DNA of 64,000 nt from Candidatus Aminicenantes bacterium (GTDB lineage Bacteria; Acidobacteriota; Aminicenantia; Aminicenantales; Saccharicenantaceae): NCBI GenBank assembly GCA_963743205.1, contig CAVUOW010000003.1, positions 169,497-233,496 on the forward strand. The letters run 5' to 3'. Below the pieces are notes generated by a model. It saw nothing but the letters and a program-made list of their open reading frames with translations. It searched no databases and was not told where the DNA came from. A program made the translations under genes and the position numbers. The stretch's first letter is position 1. Every line of letters begins with the position of its first letter. This document shows, in pieces, positions 1 to 9,408 of the stretch.

Positions 1-2040
1 CTGAATCCCATTGTCCATAAGGCCCTGTCCAAGAACCCGGACGAGAGATATCTGAAGATCGGGGATTTCGTGGCCGACCTGCATAAGGCCTACCGGGAGG
101 TCGGAGGAGGAGGGGGACGGCTTTTCTCGCGGCGGGCCCTGGTCGTGGGAGGGATCGTGCTCGGCGTCGCGCTCGCGGCCTTCGTCGTCGACAGGATCGT
201 GCGGCGGCCGGCTGCGCCGGTCGCGGAGACGGCGGGGCCGAAAACGGTCTCCGTCCTCATCGCCGATGTGGCCAATACGACCGGAGATCCCATGCTCGAC
301 GGCGTCCTCGAGCAGCTCTTCGCATTCAGCTTGGGCGGAGCCGAGCATGTTTCGGTCTTCGAGCGGAAACAAGCGCTCGGACTCCTCGGCAAGGTCGATC
401 CGACCGCCGAAGGCCGGCTGACCGAAAAGGCCGCGCTTCTTCTTTCCCGCAGGGAAGGGATCGACGCCGTCGTCAATGCTTCGATCGAATCGGCCAAGGG
501 CGGATACCTGATCAAGGCTCGGGCCGTCGACGCCGTCAGCGGCAAGACCGTCGCGCAATCCGAGCAGGCTGTCAAGGACCGGAAGGACATCCTTAAGGTC
601 CCCGATGTCCTCTCGGCCAAGCTCAGGGCGGGGCTTGCCCCTGATTCCTCGGGCGCTCTGCTCAAGGAAACATTCACGACGACCTCGCTCGAGGCGATGA
701 AGGCCTACACGGAAGCCCAGCAGCTCGATGCCCAGGGGAAGGAGAAGGAGGCCATCGACGCCTATCTCCGGGCGATCGATCACGATCCTGAGTTCGGCCG
801 GGCTTACGCCGGTCTGGCCGCGGCCTATTATGCCCGCGTCGAGCTGCAACTGGCCGACAAGTATTACAAAGACGCCCTGGACCGGATCGACCAGATGACC
901 GAGCGGGAGAAGCACCGGACTCGGGGCGGCTACTATCTCTTCAAGTCGAACTACAAGCGGGCGATCGAAGAATACAGCGCCCTCGTCCAGGAAAATCCGA
1001 AGGACCAGGCGGGCTATACGAACTTGGCCCTGGCTTATTTTATGAGCTGCAAGATGCAGGAAGCCTCTCAAATCGGGCTTCTGGCTGTGGAGCTCGACCC
1101 GGAGAACCTCGATTACAGGTATAACCAGAGCTGGTATGCCCTCGCCTCGGGCGATTTCGATAAAGCGCGGGAGGAAGCCCGCAAGACACTCGAGATCGAT
1201 CCCGCGTACGTGAAGGCGTTCGTCGTTCTGGCCCTGGCCGACCTGGTCCAGGGCCGAAGAGACGGCGCGATCAAGTCCTACGGGGATATGCAAGCCTTGG
1301 GCCCCCTCGGTGTGTCTTTCGCGGCGACCGGAATGGCGGATCTGGCTGTGTACGAAGGGCGGATGGGGGACGCGGTCGGGATCCTGGTGAAGGGGATCGC
1401 GTCAGATAAAGAGAGCAAATTCAATTACCGGGCCGCGGACAAATCCCTCCTGCTCGCCCAGGCCTATTCCGCTCTGGGGAAGAAGGATCTGGCGATCAAG
1501 GCCGCCGACGAGGCCTTGAGATTGAACAAACGCGAAGAGATCCTCTGCGCAGCCGGACTTGTCTATATCGAGGCTGGGCAGGAGGACAAGGCCAGGGCGG
1601 TGGCCGGGGAGTTGGGCAAGAAGGTCCAGGACCTCCACCTGGCTTATGGAAAGCTCATCGGCGGGCACCTGTCGCTAAGCCGCGGAGACACGGCCAACGC
1701 GCTCAAGCTCTTCGAGGAGGCACAGGGATTGGTGGACACCTGGCAGGGGCGCTACGCGTTTGGCCGGGCCTATCTTGAAGCCGGGGCCTTCGCAGAAGCC
1801 GATTCGGAATTCGAGAAGTGCGCGCAGAGGCGGGGTGAAGCGCTGTCCGTCTATTTGAACGACCTGCCGACGATGCGCACACTCGATTCGCTCGATTACT
1901 ACATGGGCCGGGCTCTCGAGGGGCAGGGGAAAAGTGCGGCGGCTAAAGAAGCATATGCGAAGTTATTGAAAATAAAGGTGAAGGCGGACCCCGGCCAGGC
2001 GATGGTCGAGGACGCCAAGAAGCGGCTAGGCAGCCTCTGA
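1..2040 (+). CDS. Ser/Thr protein kinase, C-terminal portion (5' end outside window) with TM helix and TPR-repeat region
   Basis: Frame 1 is open from base 1 (LNPIVHKALSKNPDERY, like the end of a Hanks-type kinase domain) and continuous with the 70..2040 ORF. Hydrophobic segment ALVVGGIVLGVALAAFVV. Many TPR-like repeats follow (AIDAYLRAIDHDPEFGRAYAGLAAAYY etc). Stop TGA 2038-2040. Confidence 0.6.
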   Translation: MNPIVHKALSKNPDERYLKIGDFVADLHKAYREVGGGGGRLFSRRALVVGGIVLGVALAAFVVDRIVRRPAAPVAETAGPKTVSVLIADVANTTGDPMLDGVLEQLFAFSLGGAEHVSVFERKQALGLLGKVDPTAEGRLTEKAALLLSRREGIDAVVNASIESAKGGYLIKARAVDAVSGKTVAQSEQAVKDRKDILKVPDVLSAKLRAGLAPDSSGALLKETFTTTSLEAMKAYTEAQQLDAQGKEKEAIDAYLRAIDHDPEFGRAYAGLAAAYYARVELQLADKYYKDALDRIDQMTEREKHRTRGGYYLFKSNYKRAIEEYSALVQENPKDQAGYTNLALAYFMSCKMQEASQIGLLAVELDPENLDYRYNQSWYALASGDFDKAREEARKTLEIDPAYVKAFVVLALADLVQGRRDGAIKSYGDMQALGPLGVSFAATGMADLAVYEGRMGDAVGILVKGIASDKESKFNYRAADKSLLLAQAYSALGKKDLAIKAADEALRLNKREEILCAAGLVYIEAGQEDKARAVAGELGKKVQDLHLAYGKLIGGHLSLSRGDTANALKLFEEAQGLVDTWQGRYAFGRAYLEAGAFAEADSEFEKCAQRRGEALSVYLNDLPTMRTLDSLDYYMGRALEGQGKSAAAKEAYAKLLKIKVKADPGQAMVEDAKKRLGSL

Positions 2041-2103
2041 TTATTCTCCTGACGACTTAGAATGACCTCATTCAGTCGTTAGCTCTCGTCATTCCCTTCG
2101 GGC

Positions 2104-5100
2104 TCATCGGCCGTCGTATCCTTCTCTCCTTGTCGCCCTGAGTGGATGCACCGCGAGGGTTATCGCATAAGGCGTTCCGTTGACGCCTTCGGGGATGGAC
2201 GTTGTCGTGATGGTCAAAGGAGTGGCTATGGCGAACCTGGCCGTTATGCTTTTATCCCCGTCCATCGTGATGTTAACGGGATTGTCGAACTCATGCCCGA
2301 CGGGCACGCTGCCCGACCATCCGACGAACACGGCCCCCCCGTAGGGATGCGCAGTCAGAGCGACGACCGTTTTAAAGTCAAACACGGCCGAGCACGTAGT
2401 TCCGCAACTGATCCCTCCGGTATCGCTGGTAATATAGCCGAAACTCGAGCCCCCAATTTGGACAGTCAGGGTATAGGGCATATGGACGAAGGTGGCACTG
2501 ATAGACTTGTCCCCATCCATCGTAACGGTAATGGGATTCGTCGCCCCCGTGACGTCCCCCGTCCATTCGACGAACCGATATTCATCGGTCGGAAGGGCCG
2601 TGAGCTGGACTGTGGTCCCGAAAGGATAAAAGGCCAGGTCGGGATCCTTGAAGATGCCTCCGTTCGTCGGCACGGGGTTGACGGTCAGCGTGTAGGTGTT
2701 GGGCGCAAAATTCGCCGTCACCGTCTTGTCGCCGTCCATCGTGACCATGACCGGATTGGCCGAACCCGACGCGTCCCCGGCCCACTCGGTGAAATGGTAG
2801 GCGGTGGCTGGAACGGCCGTGAGCTGGACGGTCGACCCATATCCGTATCTTTCGAGGAGCGGACTGAGGGTGATCTCGCCGTTGACCGCGTTGGCGGAGA
2901 GGACATAAGTCAGGAGGGCAGCGGCGTAGTTTTGGCCAACGAGGCCAGAGGTGACATTCGAATAGGGAACACTGATCGGGTCGAAGCTATAGCCGGCCAG
3001 AGTCGGTGTGACGGTCCCGCTCCAGCCGTAATCGACCGCGGCGGAATAGTTACCGTTGGCGTCCGTTACCGCAGACCCGGTCAGCCCGCTCAAGACAACT
3101 CCCGACAGAGGGCTTCCGTGCAACATTATTGTTCCCGAAATCGTTAGGGTCGGAGTGGGAATAATATCGAACGGAATGGAATCCACTTCCGTGAGGCTGC
3201 CGGAATTAGCCCGCAAGAGGTATCCCGTTCCGACCGTATCGACGGTCAGATCCTCGAACGTGGCGACCCCGCCGACCGCCGCCTGGGACAGCGTGCCGCC
3301 CAGGATGGCCGACCCGGCATTGCGAAGGGATAGGACGACCGTATTCGACGCAGTCGGAACCCTGGTCCCCAGAGCGTCCAGGATCTCGACGGTCACCGCG
3401 GGAGAGATCACCGTATTGACGCCCGTACCGATCGGCTGCTGGATGAAGGCGAGCTTGGAAGGGATAGTGGGCCCGGAGATAACCGTGTAGTTCTGGGCAG
3501 GGATATCCGCGCTGACATCGCCATAGGTTTGATTAGCAGGACTGAAGGCGTAGCCAGGCCTGGCGGGTACCACAATCCCGTCCCAACCGTCGAGGACGAC
3601 GCCCTCGTAATATCCGGCGCCGTTCGTCATCGGAAGACCCGGCAGTCCCGTCAGGAAGACCCCGCTCATGCCGCCCGTGCCGGTAGTAACGGTGCCCGAA
3701 ATCACGTGACTGTTGTAGATATTCTGGGGATACCAGACCTCCGTGCGATCTGAGCCGTCGGTGCCCACGCCGTTGATATCTCCTCCCGTTAGCAAAACCA
3801 GACCCGAGGGCAAGACGGTCAGAGCACAGTTCGCTCGTCCCCCCAAAATGGTGCCAGTCAATCGGAACGTCCTCGAGGTCGGATCGTAGATTTCTGCCGA
3901 ATCCCAGTCATCGGCGCCGACGATCAGGACAGACCCGTCACGGAGGAGAACGGATTGATTATACCGATGCGGGAAGTTCATGGGTCCGACCTGCGTAAAG
4001 CTGCCCGCTCCGGGATCAAATAAAAACGCGGCAGTCCGGCTCGTCAAGCTTCCCCCCGTAATAAGGACTTTCCCGTCGTTCAGACGCACCGCCGAATGAA
4101 AGCTCAGAGGATTAGTATCCCCGTAGTCCGGCAAAGCGCCGGCCACGAGATTAAATGTCCCCGTTGCGGGATCGAAGATCTCGGATGAATTGGCGCCTGC
4201 GCCCACGATCAGGACCTTTCCGTTCGGTAACAGGATTGCCGGATGGCCCGTATGGGCCGCGTTCATGTTCGCCGTCGCACTAAAAGTATTCGTCGCCGGA
4301 TCGAAGATCTCGGCGTTGGAACTTCCGCCCTCGCCGCCGACGATCAGCACTCTTCCATCCGGCAGAAGGGTCGCGGTGTGGTATTTACGCGGGTGATTCA
4401 TCAAGCTGATAGATGTCATGGAATTCGTTGCAGGATCGAATATTTCAGCGGTACTTGTGCCTATGTACCCCAAGATCGCGCTTCCGCCTGTGATCAGTAC
4501 TTTGCCGCTAAATAAGGCTGTTGCCGTATGATGCGATCGTGCCTGGGTCATCCACGGGCCGTCGCTCAGCGAGTTTGTGCTTGGGTCATAAAATTCTGCC
4601 CGGTTAAGGACAAAATAGGGATTCTCTCCACCGGCAATTAGAATGCGATCATCCAACAGAGGCGTTGCCGTGTGATTCGCCCTTGCGTAGTCCATGACAG
4701 TACCTGTAAAGTCGAATCCCTCGATATTGAATGGCGCTGAAGTGGCCGGAGTCATGCCGGTGCTCGTCGCCAGCAGCGTATATCCCCACCCGCCCTCGCT
4801 GATGGAGAGATTGTCGAATTGCGCCCTGCCATGGAAGACTTGTCTGTGGCTAGTCCCCGATAGAGTTCCTCCTCCGGGATTGTCCACTATCGCGAGGTCC
4901 ACAGCGGAGTGATTGTCCGAAGTCACCAGATTTCCGCCCGCGTCTTGCACTTCGACGATGGCCGACTGGGGCCATGCCTGGCCGCCGGCTCCGCCTCCGG
5001 GTTGTTGGTAGAACACGAGCTTCGTGCCCGTGACTCCGATCACTGTCAATGTACCCGAATTCACCGACGTCAGCCCGTCTAGAGAGGCCTGAATCTGGGC

Positions 5101-8100
5101 GCTTCCGGCGACATGGCCGGTGAAGGTGGCGCTCCTCCTGTCTCCCGAGACAACGAGGTCCCCGTTCACAACACCGCCGGTCCTGTTGATGAGTGACCAT
5201 GAATCGACGGCCGCGTTTTCGACGAAGTTGTTCGAATCGGTGCGGGCTATGGCATACGTAGTTATCGACGAGCCCGCCCCGATGCTCTGTGCGGGGACGA
5301 TAGTCCCATTGCCGTCGGCCTGGGTCTCGACCTGGATCTTTGTCGCCACCGGCGCCGTGACGTTGAATGGGATGGAATCGACCTCAGTGAGGCTGCCCGA
5401 GTTGGCTCTCAAGAGATACCCCGTTCCCGCCGTGTCGATGCTCAGATTGCCGAATGTGGCGAGGCCTCCGTCCGCCGCCCTAGAGGGGGTGCCGCCCAGG
5501 ATGGCCGATCCGGCGTTGCGAAGCGATAAGGCCACGGTATCAGTCGCCGTCAGTACCCTGTTTCCGGCGACATCCAGAATCTCGACGGTTATCGGAGGAT
5601 CGATCGTTCCGTTGACCCTGGTTCCGGTCGGCTGTTGGACGAAGGCGAGCCGGGCCGGGACGCCGGAGAAGGCGATAGCGAAGCGCGCATCGCTGACGTC
5701 GACGAGGCTGCCCGCCGCGCTGATCCGAATGAGACAAGCCGTGGATGGAGTGTCGGGGACCGTCCACGGATAGGTTCCCGTGTTTTCGGTGTCGGCAGCG
5801 ATGTCCGTATAGCTGGCGCCGGTGTCGGTGCTGACTTCGATCCGGACGTTCCCGACCCCCAGCGAGGAGGTCCAGGTGATGTTCTGGCTCGATCCGACCG
5901 CCCAGACCTCGCCACCGTTCGGCGATAGAAGCTGGAGCGTCTTCGCGCCGAGGACCGCGTTGATATTCGTCGCGTGCGTGCCGGAGTTGATGCTGACTGG
6001 GTCAGCGGCGCCGAAGGAATCCTTGGCGTTGTACCATCGCGAACCGTAGACGGTGGCGGACGCGTCAAAATAGACGCGCGCTTCAAGGGGTGGAATGTAG
6101 GAGATTGCGTAATCGCCCGTGCTTCCTGTCTTCTCGGTCCCGACTTCTCCCTGGGCGAAATCGTAGGCCCTGACCGTGACGTTCGGAATGCCGTTGCCAC
6201 CGCCGTCAGTCACCCGGCCTTGGATCGATCCTGCTCCATTCCTGGATTGGAGCACGATATCGATATTCGGCGTCGTCACGCGGGGAGAGACGGTGATGAG
6301 ATTAGCCGCGGCTAAGGAGAAGTTGCCGGCGTACCATGTGGCGAAATATCCTGCGCCTCCCATTCCGGTGAAACGGGCTTTTACCGTCCCCGAGGCCGGA
6401 ATGCGGATATGTCCGACAAGGTAGGAGGCGGTATTTGAGCGGGTATAGCCACCAGTCGGGGACCCGTCAGGAGTAAAAGAGGTAATGATGGTTTCGAGGA
6501 TCGGGTCGCCCGAAGAACTCGTAACTATTCCCGAGATAGCCGCTCCATCGGCGAGCTGATCGTCATGGCCTCCATTTGTGGCGCCGGCGCTGATGGAAAC
6601 GGCATTGGCGTTCGCGAAATCAGCCTTCCCCTGGTACCATTGAGGAAGAACATAAGGATCGGAAGGCACCGGCAGGTAGCTGCCATAGGAGTAAGGAGAA
6701 AGGGTTATATTAAGTTTGAGATTCCCGGGTGTAAATGCAAGATTGTAAGTCCCGTCCGCAGCCGTAACCGCGACTTCCTTGAGCGCGGACCAGGAACCGT
6801 CACCTTCCGGGTACGCTTCAATGAGCATGTTCCCGACGCCGTCCCCCAGGCTGTTGGTGATCCGGCCGGTTATCTCGCCGATGCCCGTTAGGTCTCCTTG
6901 GGTCATGGTTAGAGTGTACGTTGTGTTCTGCGTGCCCGACCAAATCCTGAGGTAATACGTATCGGCATGCACGTTGCTCAGATAGACGACTTCCTCGGAT
7001 CGATTGCTGTAGACGCATACAAGCAAGCGGCCGGCTCCATCATAGACATAGATATCCAAGTCGATATTGTCGGGCTCTGAAGGACAAACCGCGTTGCCTG
7101 TCGAGATCCGAAGATCCTGGCCTTCGGTAGCGACGACCTTGAACCAGTGTTCGTTTCCCGATGGGCCGAAGAGGTCCTGGTATGTGCCGGTGGTGAGCAA
7201 CGGTGCGCCGATCTGATCCGAGCCCGCGACAATGATGTCGAATGGGTTCGATGTCGCCCCGGCCAAGCCTACCGCGGCGGCCACGATCGTATATCCGGAA
7301 TAAACCTGGTCGAGCTTCAGGTCGTCGAACGTCGCGACTCCCGCTACCGCCGCCCTAGAGAGCGTCCCGGAAAGTCTGGCGCTCGGAGGACACGTGGCTG
7401 GCGACAGAGTCACTAGGTCCGTGGCGGTCGCCACCAAATTCCCCGCCCCGTCCTGAATCTCGACAGTCACGGGTGGGATCAGCGTCGCGTTGGCTAGGGC
7501 GTTGTGGGGCTGCTGACCGAAAGTGACTTGATAAGGCACACCGGCGGCGGCCTCGATCGAAAGGCTCAGCGCCTTAGAAGCGATCAGATCGCCGTCCTTG
7601 GCCTGAACTGTAAGACTGGAGACCCCAAGCGTCGTGGGAGTCCCCGAGATCAAACCGTTCGCCGGATCGAGCGTCAAGCCAGGCGGCAGGCTTCCTCCGA
7701 TGACGGACCAGGTCCGCGTTCCGCTACCGCCAAAGGCCCAGAGGGCTTTGGCATACAAGATACCCACATAGCCGATATCAAGGGTTTCAGTGCTAATGAT
7801 GAGCGAAGTGGGGAAGGACTGCGTGTATCGGATCGTAGCATAATCGTCACTTGTTACGGTCCCCTCTCCATAACCTGTCACATAGATATTTCCCAATGGA
7901 TCAACGGCAAGCGCCTGGCCAGAGTCGTTCGCGTTTCCCGAGCCGTTGTATCTTGCCGCCCACTGTTCGATTCCAGCGCTGCTATACTTGATGGTGGCAT
8001 AGTCCCAAGCCGTTGAACTCCCCGTACTGTAGCCCGTTACATAAACATCTCCCAGGGGCGTTAGGGCAATGTCATTGGCCCCGTCTTCACCATCTACAGG

Positions 8101-9408
8101 GCCATTGTACCTGGCGACCCACTGCTGGACTCCAAAGCTATCGTACTTGAGCGTGGCATAGTCCCTATCTGTTCCATTCCCGGCACTATAGCCCGTAGCA
8201 TAGACATTTCCGGATGAATCAACGGCTATCGCTTGAGCCGAATCGTATCCATTTCCGGGGCCGGGCCCATTGTATGTCGTCACCCAGATCTGATTCCCAT
8301 TCGTATCATATTTTATTGTGGCGTAATCCGAAAAACTCTCTCCGGTCACATACACGTTCCCGACAGAATCCACCGCAATGGCACGGGCAAAATCGATGTC
8401 GTTAAAAGAGTCGTTGTACGTCGCCACCCAGAGCTGGTTGCCGCTGGCATCGTATTTGATCGTGGCGTAATCGGCAGACCCGCCGCTCACATAAGCTTCT
8501 CCGGTCACGTAAACATTCCCAGAGGAATCCACGGCAAGAGCATGCGCACGGGCCCGGCCCGTACGAGGACCAACGTACCTCGCAACCCAGAGTTGATTCC
8601 CGTTGGCATCATACTTGACTGTGGCGCAATCAGAATCAGTGCCGCTTCTTCTGCTCTCTCCAGTCACGTACACATTCCCAGATGCATCTACGGCGAGAGC
8701 CGTGGCATAATCCGTGCCACCCGAAATCACGCCATTGTACCTGGCAACCCACTGCGTAACACCTGAGCTGTTGAGCTTAATAGTGGCATAGTCATAATTC
8801 GTGCCGTTCCCGACACTTTCACCTGTGACATAAACGTTTCCCGACGAATCAATAGCGATGGCACGAGCTTTGTCATCGCCATTTCCGAGGCCGTTGTACC
8901 CCGCCACCCACTGTTCGACGCCGGAGCTGTTATATTTGACCGCGGCATAATCATACGACGTTCCGCTACCCGTGCTGTAACCTGCCACATAGACATTCCC
9001 GAATGTATCGACCGCCATAGCTTCTGACATGTCTATGCCGTTTCCGGGGCCGTTGTACGTGGCCACCCATGCCTGCGTCCAGGCGGGAGCAATGTTGAAC
9101 GGCTGGGAGATGGCCGGAGTGAACGGTGGATTTGAAGTAGCTTGGAGGGTATAACCGTTACCGCCGTTATTGATTGACAGGTCGGCAAAGGACGCGGCCC
9201 CATTGACAGCCTGAATGGTTGTGTCCCCCGATAACGTCCCGCCGCCGGGATTGTTTCCGATGGTGACCGTGACTGACGGTCGTATGTCAGACGTGACCCT
9301 GTTCCCGTTTACGTCCTGGATTTCGACGATGGGCTGGGTGGCCCAAACGGCCCCGCCGATGCCGCCGCTCGGGCTCTGGGTGAAGACAAGCCTGCTCGCC
9401 GGTCCCAC
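2104..9408 (-). CDS. giant secreted repeat/adhesin-like protein, C-terminal 2434-aa segment (probably the same gene as 9309..13538)
   Basis: Uninterrupted 7.3-kb ORF. Modules readable in the translation: ~11 SBBP-type beta-propeller repeats (YDYATIKY..SG...WVARYNG) and a PPC-like domain (GTYQDLFGPSGNEHWFKV...YYLRIW). Also carboxypeptidase-regulatory-like sandwiches, ~7 Kelch-like blades (HTATLLPDGRVLIVGG), four InlB-B-repeat-like modules (Y.F.EW.GD...VTMDGDK..TA.F) and Ig-like/He_PIG modules. The listed GTG start at 9408 has no RBS and the frame is open upstream. Confidence 0.8.
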   Translation of the reverse strand: MGPASRLVFTQSPSGGIGGAVWATQPIVEIQDVNGNRVTSDIRPSVTVTIGNNPGGGTLSGDTTIQAVNGAASFADLSINNGGNGYTLQATSNPPFTPAISQPFNIAPAWTQAWVATYNGPGNGIDMSEAMAVDTFGNVYVAGYSTGSGTSYDYAAVKYNSSGVEQWVAGYNGLGNGDDKARAIAIDSSGNVYVTGESVGNGTNYDYATIKLNSSGVTQWVARYNGVISGGTDYATALAVDASGNVYVTGESRRSGTDSDCATVKYDANGNQLWVARYVGPRTGRARAHALAVDSSGNVYVTGEAYVSGGSADYATIKYDASGNQLWVATYNDSFNDIDFARAIAVDSVGNVYVTGESFSDYATIKYDTNGNQIWVTTYNGPGPGNGYDSAQAIAVDSSGNVYATGYSAGNGTDRDYATLKYDSFGVQQWVARYNGPVDGEDGANDIALTPLGDVYVTGYSTGSSTAWDYATIKYSSAGIEQWAARYNGSGNANDSGQALAVDPLGNIYVTGYGEGTVTSDDYATIRYTQSFPTSLIISTETLDIGYVGILYAKALWAFGGSGTRTWSVIGGSLPPGLTLDPANGLISGTPTTLGVSSLTVQAKDGDLIASKALSLSIEAAAGVPYQVTFGQQPHNALANATLIPPVTVEIQDGAGNLVATATDLVTLSPATCPPSARLSGTLSRAAVAGVATFDDLKLDQVYSGYTIVAAAVGLAGATSNPFDIIVAGSDQIGAPLLTTGTYQDLFGPSGNEHWFKVVATEGQDLRISTGNAVCPSEPDNIDLDIYVYDGAGRLLVCVYSNRSEEVVYLSNVHADTYYLRIWSGTQNTTYTLTMTQGDLTGIGEITGRITNSLGDGVGNMLIEAYPEGDGSWSALKEVAVTAADGTYNLAFTPGNLKLNITLSPYSYGSYLPVPSDPYVLPQWYQGKADFANANAVSISAGATNGGHDDQLADGAAISGIVTSSSGDPILETIITSFTPDGSPTGGYTRSNTASYLVGHIRIPASGTVKARFTGMGGAGYFATWYAGNFSLAAANLITVSPRVTTPNIDIVLQSRNGAGSIQGRVTDGGGNGIPNVTVRAYDFAQGEVGTEKTGSTGDYAISYIPPLEARVYFDASATVYGSRWYNAKDSFGAADPVSINSGTHATNINAVLGAKTLQLLSPNGGEVWAVGSSQNITWTSSLGVGNVRIEVSTDTGASYTDIAADTENTGTYPWTVPDTPSTACLIRISAAGSLVDVSDARFAIAFSGVPARLAFVQQPTGTRVNGTIDPPITVEILDVAGNRVLTATDTVALSLRNAGSAILGGTPSRAADGGLATFGNLSIDTAGTGYLLRANSGSLTEVDSIPFNVTAPVATKIQVETQADGNGTIVPAQSIGAGSSITTYAIARTDSNNFVENAAVDSWSLINRTGGVVNGDLVVSGDRRSATFTGHVAGSAQIQASLDGLTSVNSGTLTVIGVTGTKLVFYQQPGGGAGGQAWPQSAIVEVQDAGGNLVTSDNHSAVDLAIVDNPGGGTLSGTSHRQVFHGRAQFDNLSISEGGWGYTLLATSTGMTPATSAPFNIEGFDFTGTVMDYARANHTATPLLDDRILIAGGENPYFVLNRAEFYDPSTNSLSDGPWMTQARSHHTATALFSGKVLITGGSAILGYIGTSTAEIFDPATNSMTSISLMNHPRKYHTATLLPDGRVLIVGGEGGSSNAEIFDPATNTFSATANMNAAHTGHPAILLPNGKVLIVGAGANSSEIFDPATGTFNLVAGALPDYGDTNPLSFHSAVRLNDGKVLITGGSLTSRTAAFLFDPGAGSFTQVGPMNFPHRYNQSVLLRDGSVLIVGADDWDSAEIYDPTSRTFRLTGTILGGRANCALTVLPSGLVLLTGGDINGVGTDGSDRTEVWYPQNIYNSHVISGTVTTGTGGMSGVFLTGLPGLPMTNGAGYYEGVVLDGWDGIVVPARPGYAFSPANQTYGDVSADIPAQNYTVISGPTIPSKLAFIQQPIGTGVNTVISPAVTVEILDALGTRVPTASNTVVLSLRNAGSAILGGTLSQAAVGGVATFEDLTVDTVGTGYLLRANSGSLTEVDSIPFDIIPTPTLTISGTIMLHGSPLSGVVLSGLTGSAVTDANGNYSAAVDYGWSGTVTPTLAGYSFDPISVPYSNVTSGLVGQNYAAALLTYVLSANAVNGEITLSPLLERYGYGSTVQLTAVPATAYHFTEWAGDASGSANPVMVTMDGDKTVTANFAPNTYTLTVNPVPTNGGIFKDPDLAFYPFGTTVQLTALPTDEYRFVEWTGDVTGATNPITVTMDGDKSISATFVHMPYTLTVQIGGSSFGYITSDTGGISCGTTCSAVFDFKTVVALTAHPYGGAVFVGWSGSVPVGHEFDNPVNITMDGDKSITARFAIATPLTITTTSIPEGVNGTPYAITLAVHPLRATRREGYDGR

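Noticed and set aside
3170-5690. Two ~300-bp related segments in the giant gene (…GSAILGGT.S.AA.GG.ATF..L..DT.GTGYLLRANSGSLTEVDSIPF…) as a DGR template/variable repeat pair
   Set aside because: The differences are spread over all base types rather than being adenine-specific. Both copies are in-frame Ig-like domain duplicates, and no reverse transcriptase is nearby.
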